The position numbers and the translations under genes are program-made. From positions 39,894 to 103,893 of the forward strand of contig JAEWFC010000004.1 of NCBI GenBank assembly GCA_023389035.1: 64,000 nt of DNA. The letters run 5' to 3'. The notes below the pieces were generated by a model, which had not been told where the DNA came from, did no database searches, and saw only the letters and a program-made list of their open reading frames with translations. The stretch comes from Acidobacteriota bacterium (GTDB taxonomy: Bacteria > Acidobacteriota > Blastocatellia > Pyrinomonadales > Pyrinomonadaceae). Of this stretch, positions 38,215-45,627 are shown piece by piece (the stretch's first letter is position 1; each line of letters starts with the position of its first letter).

Positions 38215-38790
38215 TTACGTTTTCGGTAACCGTTCACTATGAAAACGCACAATATGCTCCGGCTCGTTTTGGTACACTGCCTCCCATTCGTAGAGGTATG
38301 ATAGGCGAACAGATAACCCCGTCGCTAGATGCTCCGCAGGGAGACTGAAGATCAACGCTTTCCCCGATTCAAGAGGTAAGAGAAAGCAAGAGCCGGAATT
38401 GTAACCGAAGGGAACACCGGAGTCCGATTCGCGCCTAGCCTGCCTCACGGTGCGCTCTATATCGTACATTACGCCAACTTCGGTTTCGTTGTCCGCAGCT
38501 ATGAGCAGTTCTCCAGTCTTAGAAACTCCGAAGGAACAGAAGCGAATCTGAAACTTGGAATTATTAACTAGACGCAACCAGATCCCTTGATCGCTCTCGG
38601 TCGATCGAATAGGCGGCCGCTTGCCGTATCGAACGAATTCGATGTATACACCCGGTCGCGCCGTGTCAACCCGGAATTGGTCAACCTTCTTATTCTTGAG
38701 TTCATTCGGTACGTTCTGTGCAATGCCATGTGAAGCACAAAACACGTAAGAGAGAACTAAGAAACAGATCAGCGATCGTCGAAATTTCAT
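38215..38790 (-). CDS. Secreted hypothetical protein
   Basis: MKFRRSLICFLVLSYVFCASHGIAQ signal peptide; 191 aa; no domain recognised. Confidence 0.55.
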   Translation of the reverse strand: MKFRRSLICFLVLSYVFCASHGIAQNVPNELKNKKVDQFRVDTARPGVYIEFVRYGKRPPIRSTESDQGIWLRLVNNSKFQIRFCSFGVSKTGELLIAADNETEVGVMYDIERTVRQARRESDSGVPFGYNSGSCFLLPLESGKALIFSLPAEHLATGLSVRLSYLYEWEAVYQNEPEHIVRFHSERLPKT

Positions 38791-38897
38791 AATTATGGCA
38801 TTAATGCACTTTTATTCTATACGTCCAGGGCGAATGCTATTTGAGGAATGCTCGGATCGTTCTGTTTGGACGGCCGGAGCGGGGTCCGCTAATGGTG

Positions 38898-38966
38898 TCG
38901 CCCCTACGGGGCTCGGTTCGGTTTTACACTACGTTCTACAAACATTTGGCTCCTACGGAGCCGCGG
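38898..38966. repeat. Intergenic twin-hairpin repeat type B, copy 2
   Basis: tcGCCCCtacGGGGCtcggttcggttttacactacgttctacaaacatttGGCTCCtacGGAGCCgcgg. The track ORFs 38795..39004 and 38841..39140 across it are judged spurious. Confidence 0.85.
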
Positions 38967-39136
38967 CCTTTCGTTGCAGAAGCCCGCACGTTAGTAGGTC
39001 TTAGAAACGCCTGCTGGTTTCGTCGATGTAAAAGATCGCTTCGTAAATTGCTGCCGTCGCGTTCGGTCTGGAATATCAGAGGGTTGTCCGTTCCAAGTGG
39101 TTGCTTGAGCGTTCGCTTGGGCAAGGCCCCGGTGTG

Positions 39137-39433
39137 TTAGTTACTGTCGGACCGTGTCGAAATTTCACGACACCGGATGATCTCTTCGACAGCTTGACCT
39201 ATTTCTTCTTTCAGGCGCTCATCCGAGTAGAAGGTGTGCGATTCCCTACGCAATATCTCGTTCGGTTCGTAATAATCCAGGTCAAGAGCAAGATCGAGTA
39301 GAACATTCTGGACGCACTCGCATTCGTGATCGTACCTGTCACTGCTCCAAACTTGCTGCTGAAACTTCAAAATTAGTAATGGCTTATCGCCCTCCGTCAA
39401 AATCTTCTGCAGCTGTTCAATTATATCTGTCAT
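39137..39433 (-). CDS. Small acidic hypothetical protein (immunity-protein-like, speculative)
   Basis: 98 aa, cytoplasmic. The LDLALDLDYYEPNEILRRESHTFYSDERLKEEI segment is reminiscent of small self-protection or immunity proteins (weak recollection only). Confidence 0.45.
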   Translation of the reverse strand: MTDIIEQLQKILTEGDKPLLILKFQQQVWSSDRYDHECECVQNVLLDLALDLDYYEPNEILRRESHTFYSDERLKEEIGQAVEEIIRCREISTRSDSN

Positions 39434-39490
39434 TCCGACGTTCCCGGTGCTCTTAACTTATCAGAAAATCCTCGGTGAATCGAGAAGAGT

Positions 39491-41887
39491 TTATTGCAGA
39501 CCTCTTTGGTTTCCGAGCGGTAGGGTGAATTCGGCGGGGGCGTTGGGGTTTGTGTTGGCGGGGAGCAGGCCGGGGCCGAGCTCGAGGGCGGACCAGGGGA
39601 GCGGGCCGTGGACGCCGTGGGGGATGAAGCGGACGCGGTTTTGGGTGCGTTCGACGCGGACCTCGATGAAGCTTTGGAAGAAGGGCGAGCTGTTGAAATC
39701 GAATGCGCCGGAGACCATCTCCTGATCGAACGGCCATCCGCGCAGGGTCTTGAGCCAGAAATAAAAGGGCCAGCGAAAGATGGATGTCTCGCTGATCTTT
39801 GCCTCGACGGCCTCGGTGCTCGGGTAGAAAGCGTATTCCTCAGTGACGGGCGTTTTCGGAAAACCGACGGCGGTCCCGATGCTCAGGTACGCACCGCCGC
39901 CGCCATTAACAAAGTGTGCCATCTCGTGCTCGCCTTCGGGCGTAGGGTAGCGGCGACGGTAATACTCAAGGTCGTGCGTGTCGCCTGCCATGATGGCATT
40001 CACGCGGTACTGTTTCAAGAGTTCGTGGATCGCGGCAAATTCGGCATCGCCATCGGCAGCGTAGTTTCCCGATACATAAAAGGGATGGCCGAGTACGACG
40101 AGCTTGAAATTCTCTCCGGCACGCTGCAGCGCTCGCTCCAGCCATTCGCGCTGTGCGGGATCGATCCGGCGCAGAATGCCTGTGTCGACGGCGATCAGCG
40201 AAAAGCCCTCGGTGTGCATTTCGAAATAGGGCGCACGCTGGCGGCCGTTCGCGATGCCGTAGTAGTTGCGCAGACGCGCGGCCTCGCCGATGATCTCGCC
40301 AAAGCGGTCGTCCGCGGAGATCAGGGACGTGTCGATGTCAGCCGATTCGCGTGCTCGCATCGCGGCGCGTGCGGAATCGGGATAGAGGAAGTTAGCGTTA
40401 AAGCCCTCATTCGCGTCGAACCAATCGTGATTGCCCGGGATGGCGTAGATCGGTTTGCGGAAGCCTTTGAACGGCAGGTAGAAATTGCGTTCGTAATCTT
40501 TCATCTTGCCGTCGGGGTAGATGACGTCGGAGGAGAGCAGCAGAAATTTCACCTCGGGCCGCGAGCCGGCCTCGATGATGCGGTCGCGAAGCACGTGCTG
40601 CGACGGGTCGCCCTCGCCGGTGTCGCCGATCACGACGAACGAGAAATCAGGCGAATCGCTGACGCCTTCGGGAGCGATCGCAAAGACGCTCTCGGGCGGC
40701 ACGCCATTTTCGATCGCGACGCGCGCGGCGTCAGCCGTCATGCGTTCGCGCCACAGATCGACGCGGCCCTTGGTGATCTCCTGATACACGCCCGATGCCC
40801 AGTTCTCAGAATTGAAGTACCAGCTGAATCCCCAGATCGAGTTCACCGCGACCAGCACGGCGGTCGCCGGCAGCCCGAAACGCAGGACACGCCAAAACGC
40901 GAAGTTTAAGGAATATCGCATGTGCGAGAGCTCGATGGTGAACCGCATCCGGGCCTCAAGCCAGAACTGGAGAAAGCGTTCGAGCGCGGTGGCCGAGCCC
41001 TCGCTGCTTTTAAGCCGGATCAGGCGATACCAGAGCAGGCGTTCAAGCGGGCGCGTCAGCTTTCGCCAGATCATTCGGATGGGCAGCACGACCATTATAG
41101 AGATCAGCAGCGCGACGACCGCGTCGCCGATCAGCGCCGTTACCGGGGAGATCAGTTCGAGATACGACCAGCGTGCGTCGGTCCGCAGGAAGTGCACGAG
41201 GAAGAATATCCCGAGCATCGTCAGCGACCACACGACGTTCGGCCCGCTGCGCGTAGGATTGCTGTTGAGTATGGCTTCCTGCACCTCTTGCACGGCGGAA
41301 TTTGGTTCCAGCCCGAGGCGGTGATCTGGATGCGCACGCGTGTCGTAAACGAGCTCGGGCACACGGAAGCGGTCTTCGGGCGTGAAGAACATCGCCCAGC
41401 CTTCGACCATCGAACGCACGCCGAGGACGACGATCACCACGGCCTGGCTCACGCTTTCGTTGAACAGGAAAAGCAGGACGAGCAGGCCAAGCAGCAGCGT
41501 CACGACGCCATTCACCAGGCTCCACCAGCGGTCGGAACCCGAGAGCGTGTATGCGGTGTAGAGCTTGGTGCCGGCGTCGAGCAGAAAAAGCACGGCGACG
41601 ATCGCGACCATCCCGGAAAGAGCGGTCTTCGGGCTGAACAGCAGCATCACGCCGAGCAGTACCGAGACGACGCCGGCGGCATGCGCCATATACGACGTGG
41701 TATCGTCGGCCGTCAGCAGCGTTTCAACGAAATGGATCAGGCCCGCGGCGATGAGCGCGATACCGAGCAGTGCAGCGATCCATTCACCAAGAAAGATCGG
41801 TGCGACCAATACCAGCGCTCCCAACGCCATCAGCAATACGCCAAGAACTCGCCGCCACGTAAATGTCTCTGGAAGATATTTCCGCAT
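39491..41887 (-). CDS. Polytopic membrane protein with C-terminal calcineurin-like metallophosphoesterase domain
   Basis: The N-terminal ~330 aa have multiple TM helices (HdeD/DUF308-like start). These are followed by VIGDTGEGD, SSDVIYPDG, GNHDWFD, VLGHPFY and AGDTHDLEYY metallophosphoesterase motifs. Confidence 0.75.
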   Translation of the reverse strand: MRKYLPETFTWRRVLGVLLMALGALVLVAPIFLGEWIAALLGIALIAAGLIHFVETLLTADDTTSYMAHAAGVVSVLLGVMLLFSPKTALSGMVAIVAVLFLLDAGTKLYTAYTLSGSDRWWSLVNGVVTLLLGLLVLLFLFNESVSQAVVIVVLGVRSMVEGWAMFFTPEDRFRVPELVYDTRAHPDHRLGLEPNSAVQEVQEAILNSNPTRSGPNVVWSLTMLGIFFLVHFLRTDARWSYLELISPVTALIGDAVVALLISIMVVLPIRMIWRKLTRPLERLLWYRLIRLKSSEGSATALERFLQFWLEARMRFTIELSHMRYSLNFAFWRVLRFGLPATAVLVAVNSIWGFSWYFNSENWASGVYQEITKGRVDLWRERMTADAARVAIENGVPPESVFAIAPEGVSDSPDFSFVVIGDTGEGDPSQHVLRDRIIEAGSRPEVKFLLLSSDVIYPDGKMKDYERNFYLPFKGFRKPIYAIPGNHDWFDANEGFNANFLYPDSARAAMRARESADIDTSLISADDRFGEIIGEAARLRNYYGIANGRQRAPYFEMHTEGFSLIAVDTGILRRIDPAQREWLERALQRAGENFKLVVLGHPFYVSGNYAADGDAEFAAIHELLKQYRVNAIMAGDTHDLEYYRRRYPTPEGEHEMAHFVNGGGGAYLSIGTAVGFPKTPVTEEYAFYPSTEAVEAKISETSIFRWPFYFWLKTLRGWPFDQEMVSGAFDFNSSPFFQSFIEVRVERTQNRVRFIPHGVHGPLPWSALELGPGLLPANTNPNAPAEFTLPLGNQRGLQ

Positions 41888-41964
41888 ACAAAGCTCTTAA
41901 AGAAGCTATAACGCGACGGCGTTTACCGCAAAACGCGGCGGCCGGAGTACGGCAGGTGTAATTG

Positions 41965-41999
41965 AAAAAAGCCGACCGGTTTCCCGATCGGCTTTTTTT
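41965..41999 (-). terminator. Intrinsic terminator (A6/T7-flanked, bidirectional-looking) after the beta-helix/FG-GAP gene
   Basis: aaaaaaGCCGAcCGGtttcCCGaTCGGCttttttt, with 9 of 10 stem positions paired. Confidence 0.6.
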
Positions 42000-42018
42000 G
42001 GTGGCCTCGTGTTGTTTA

Positions 42019-44598
42019 TTACCTGACGAATGCATTCGGAACGGGCTGATCACCCGCGGTGCCGAATCCGACGATCTGCACGCCCGCCAGCGTACTCGCG
42101 ATGTACCATGTCCCACTGCGGAAGACGGCCGCGTCGGTCTTTCCGTCGCCGTCGTAATCGCCGGGTGCGGGAACGTCGCCGTTCTGGCCGAACGTAAAGG
42201 CATAGAAACTGAGATCCTCGCTTCGCAGCACGTACCATTCACCGGTGCTCGGCCGCCAGAAAGCGATATCGGTCTTTCCATCCCCGGTGTAGTCCGCGGG
42301 AACGGTCTTGTCAGCCGGCCCGCCAAACTGCGTTGCGAGTAGTCCCGCCGAACTTCTGCTGATCCACCATTCACCGCCGTTCGCTCCGTTAGGCCGATAG
42401 ATGGCGATATCGTCGGTACCGTCGCCGTCATAATCGGCAGTTACGGGAACGTCGCCGACAGCACCGAAGGAGGTGATCGTCGTTCCGCCGTCGCTCGAAC
42501 GCGAGATGAACCATCCGCTGGTCGTCGGCCTGAAGACAGCTACGTCATCCTTCCCGTCGCCGTCATAATCGCCGGTCACGGGCACATCGCCGTTGGCTCC
42601 GAATGGAAATGCGTAGTAGGTAAAGTCTTCGCTGCGAAGGACATTCCAGAACCCGTCAGACGGCCTGAAGAAAGCGATGTCCATCTTGCCGTCGCCGGTA
42701 TAATCGCCCGGGGCGATAATGTCGTTCGGAGCGCCAAACTGCAGAGCGGGAACCTGGCCATCGCTGCTGCGGCTCCACCACCATTCACCCGCGCCGGGCC
42801 GGTAGATCGCAATGTCTGTCTTTCCGTCCCCTTCGAAATCGAACGACGTACCTCCGACACCGTCTGTCGGCCGGCGTTCGAATGCACCGATGTCAGAGAT
42901 CGCTCCGCCAGTTCCGTCGCCGTCCTGCGGGCGTGCGATGCCACGCTGGTCGGTCGGAGGAAAAGTTGTCGGGTCGCCTGCGTCGATCGCGGGACTGCCG
43001 ACGCGAAGAGCATGAGTGCGTGTTGGTCCGCCATTGAAAGCTAGGGTCCCAAGTTCAGGATCCTGACCGTAAACATTTCCCGTGGTCGGACCGCTGATGG
43101 TCGCGCCGGACGTGCTTCGGACGAGATTATACCCTTGGGAAATAATCGGGTTGAACAGGTCCGGCCCGGTGTTGCCGGCGGTATTATTGGCAACAATTGT
43201 GTTTTTTATGCTCGACGGAGTATCGCCGGTCCGATTTGCATAATGAATGCCGCCGCCGTGGCCGGTGGTAGGGCTGCCTATGCCCGACGTTCTATTGCCG
43301 ACGATCGTTGAATTTGTGATGACGACCTCGCTGTTAGCCCCGCCGGGATAGTTGTCGAAAATGCCGCCGCCGTTTACCTCGGCGAAATTGCCGCTGACGG
43401 TACTGTTATCCAAATTCAATTTCCGTTCGGCCCAGATACCGCCGCCATTGCCTTTGCGGTCGGGGAATCCTGACCCTGGGACATACCGGGTTGAGTTGCC
43501 GCTGATGGTCGAGCCGGTAATGTTCGTCAGCATCGTCGTCCCGATGCCGCCGCCATTACCCAGCCCGCCTGTGGCGTTTCCCGTGCTGGCCGCGTTGTTC
43601 GAAATCGTCGAGTTGGTGATCGTCACGAATTCAGTGTCAGTGCCTGCTCCGCTCGCGTAGATCCCGCCTCCGCCGGCGGTCGCAGTATTGCCCGACACAT
43701 TTGAGTTGTTTACCGTTAATTTGAAGGTGTTTCTGATTCCGCCGCCCTGAGTGTCGCCGCCCGCCGTATTGCCCGTGATCGTAGAACTGTTCACGGTTAT
43801 CTCGCCGCTGTTAAATATGCCGCCGCCGCCGTTAGAATTGCCTGCGCCGCCCGAAACGTTGTTCGTTATCGTCGATCCCGTTATTGTCATTATCCCACTA
43901 TTGCGAACCGCTCCGCCGCCACCGAGCGTTGTGCCGCCGGTCATCGTCGAATTCGTGATCGTCACCGTTCCGGAATTACTATGGATCGCACTGCCGCCAT
44001 TGCCATTGATGTTCGTGCCGGTTGTGAGATTGTTGATAAACTGACAATTGTTGATGTTCAGAATCCCGCTGGATGCATTGGGGGCGGAATTGAAGATCGC
44101 GCCGCCTGTGTTGGAACTATTCTGTGTAAAGACGATATCGGTCAGCGTCATAATGCCGCCATTCGAGATCGAGCCGCCCCCATTGGTGGTGCCGTTGGCA
44201 AGTGTCAATCCGCTTATCGAGACCGTGTCGATCCCGGGAAAATTGTTAAGGCCCTGAAGAAGAAAGTGCCTGGTTACGTTATTGCCGCTAATGGTCAAAA
44301 GATTTGCGCCTGGTCCGGTGATCGTCAAAGTATCAACGATATTAGCGTTAGGACTGATACTGATCGCCGTTGCTAGCGTGATCGTGCGCGGAACGCTGAA
44401 GAACGCCGAATCAAAAACAATTGTGTCGGCTGTGGAAGCCTCGTTCGCATCGAGTACCGCCTGCCGCAGGCTGCCGGGGCCGGAGTTGTCGGCATTTGTC
44501 ACGGTAAACGTCGCAGCGGACACGGTCTGAGCCGCAATGAAGAACACCGCGGCGAACGCGATCGAAAGAGTGAAGTTGAGTGTAGGCTTAGTTCGCAT
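42019..44598 (-). CDS. Secreted protein: N-terminal parallel beta-helix repeats plus C-terminal FG-GAP/VCBS repeats
   Basis: Start at ATG 44598 (AGGAAGGA RBS; [28 protein letters not shown]). [13 protein letters not shown] followed by many GGGI/GGAI...N...T..N.S.N repeats. The C-terminus has repeated DYDGDGK(T/D)D.A.(F/Y)RP..G.W modules. Confidence 0.8.
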   Translation of the reverse strand: MRTKPTLNFTLSIAFAAVFFIAAQTVSAATFTVTNADNSGPGSLRQAVLDANEASTADTIVFDSAFFSVPRTITLATAISISPNANIVDTLTITGPGANLLTISGNNVTRHFLLQGLNNFPGIDTVSISGLTLANGTTNGGGSISNGGIMTLTDIVFTQNSSNTGGAIFNSAPNASSGILNINNCQFINNLTTGTNINGNGGSAIHSNSGTVTITNSTMTGGTTLGGGGAVRNSGIMTITGSTITNNVSGGAGNSNGGGGIFNSGEITVNSSTITGNTAGGDTQGGGIRNTFKLTVNNSNVSGNTATAGGGGIYASGAGTDTEFVTITNSTISNNAASTGNATGGLGNGGGIGTTMLTNITGSTISGNSTRYVPGSGFPDRKGNGGGIWAERKLNLDNSTVSGNFAEVNGGGIFDNYPGGANSEVVITNSTIVGNRTSGIGSPTTGHGGGIHYANRTGDTPSSIKNTIVANNTAGNTGPDLFNPIISQGYNLVRSTSGATISGPTTGNVYGQDPELGTLAFNGGPTRTHALRVGSPAIDAGDPTTFPPTDQRGIARPQDGDGTGGAISDIGAFERRPTDGVGGTSFDFEGDGKTDIAIYRPGAGEWWWSRSSDGQVPALQFGAPNDIIAPGDYTGDGKMDIAFFRPSDGFWNVLRSEDFTYYAFPFGANGDVPVTGDYDGDGKDDVAVFRPTTSGWFISRSSDGGTTITSFGAVGDVPVTADYDGDGTDDIAIYRPNGANGGEWWISRSSAGLLATQFGGPADKTVPADYTGDGKTDIAFWRPSTGEWYVLRSEDLSFYAFTFGQNGDVPAPGDYDGDGKTDAAVFRSGTWYIASTLAGVQIVGFGTAGDQPVPNAFVR

Positions 44599-44724
44599 GA
44601 GTTTTTCCTTCCTAGATTTTGTTGTTCGGTGATGTATGCGGTAAACGGAGATAAAGTAAGACAAATTTTTCGGGCGTTGTCTCGCTGACGATCTGAAGTA
44701 TTCCCTTTCGACCGCACGGACATC

Positions 44725-44757
44725 AAAAAAAAACGGCCCTTCTCAACGTAAGGGCCG
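44725..44757 (-). terminator. Strong orphan intrinsic terminator upstream of the beta-helix gene
   Basis: Minus strand: CGGCCCTT-acgttgag-AAGGGCCG followed by T9 (plus-strand A9 at 44725-44733). No annotated minus-strand gene ends here. Confidence 0.7.
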
Positions 44758-44999
44758 AGCCGGACCGTGACAGAGCCGGTCAATTTCGGAGGGTATTCGT
44801 GATCAACGCCGCGAGATCAGCCGATATTTCCCAGGTATCGGCTCGCTTCGGAGTGTGTGAGACAACTCACGGTTACCGTTGACAGATGCGAATAAAAGTC
44901 CGCAGAAGTGACAATTTTGTTGAAACTGGCGGCCGAAAAGCTTGGTTTGGCGTAAACATTGGGTTAAAATCGCATCGCTCAAACTCACAACTCACCTTT

Positions 45000-45569
45000 A
45001 TGCAGAATAATAAGAGTGCGGAGATCACCCAGATCTTGCAGGACTGGAACTCGGGGAACGAAGAAGCCAAGGAACGACTGCTTCCCTTCGTTTACGAAGA
45101 GCTTCGGCGGCACGCGGGGTTTTATATGTCGCGCGAGCGTCGGGACCATACACTGCAGCCAACCGCGCTTGTTCATGAAGCATTCCTGAAGCTTGCCGAC
45201 CAATCCGGGATCGAATGGAAGAACCGCAGCCACTTTTTCGGCATCGCGGCGCGACTGATGCGGCAAATACTGATCGATCACGCACGAGTTCATACCGCCG
45301 AGAAACGAGGCAACGGGGCGATCCATTTTTCAGTGGACGACCTGCAGATACCGGTCGAGGAGCGGGCCGAGTCAATATTGATCATTAACGACGTGCTCGA
45401 ACGCCTTGCGGCGATCGACCCGCAGCAGGCTGCGATCGTTGAGATGCGCTTCTTCGGCGGTTTCAGCAATGCGGAGATCGCAGACGCTATGGGCATATCG
45501 GAGCGAACCGTGATCCGTGAGTGGGGTTCGGCCCGGCTCTGGCTGTATCGGGAATTGAATCGGGAATAA
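45000..45569 (+). CDS. ECF-type RNA polymerase sigma factor (TIGR02999-like, kinase-associated class)
   Basis: ITQILQDWNSGNEEAKERLLPFVYEELRRHAGFYMSRERRDHTLQPTALVHEAFLKL is the hallmark N-terminus of this subfamily. The region 4 HTH is FSNAEIADAMGISERTVIREW. Confidence 0.85.
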   Translation: MQNNKSAEITQILQDWNSGNEEAKERLLPFVYEELRRHAGFYMSRERRDHTLQPTALVHEAFLKLADQSGIEWKNRSHFFGIAARLMRQILIDHARVHTAEKRGNGAIHFSVDDLQIPVEERAESILIINDVLERLAAIDPQQAAIVEMRFFGGFSNAEIADAMGISERTVIREWGSARLWLYRELNRE

Positions 45570-45627
45570 GTTGGCAGGTTTCCGCGACCGTTTCCGCATT
45601 ACACCTCGACGAACCCTATTTAACGAA

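Noticed and set aside
38186-38215. tRNA-like T-arm string (ggggtcgaacctc)
   Set aside because: No acceptor stem, D-arm or anticodon arm can be built around it, and it directly abuts the 3' end of repeat type B.
39608-41911. 433-aa and 329-aa plus-strand ORFs (39608..40909, 40922..41911)
   Set aside because: They are antisense to the membrane metallophosphoesterase, which has clear catalytic motifs. The composition is Arg/Asp/Gly-rich and no motifs are present.
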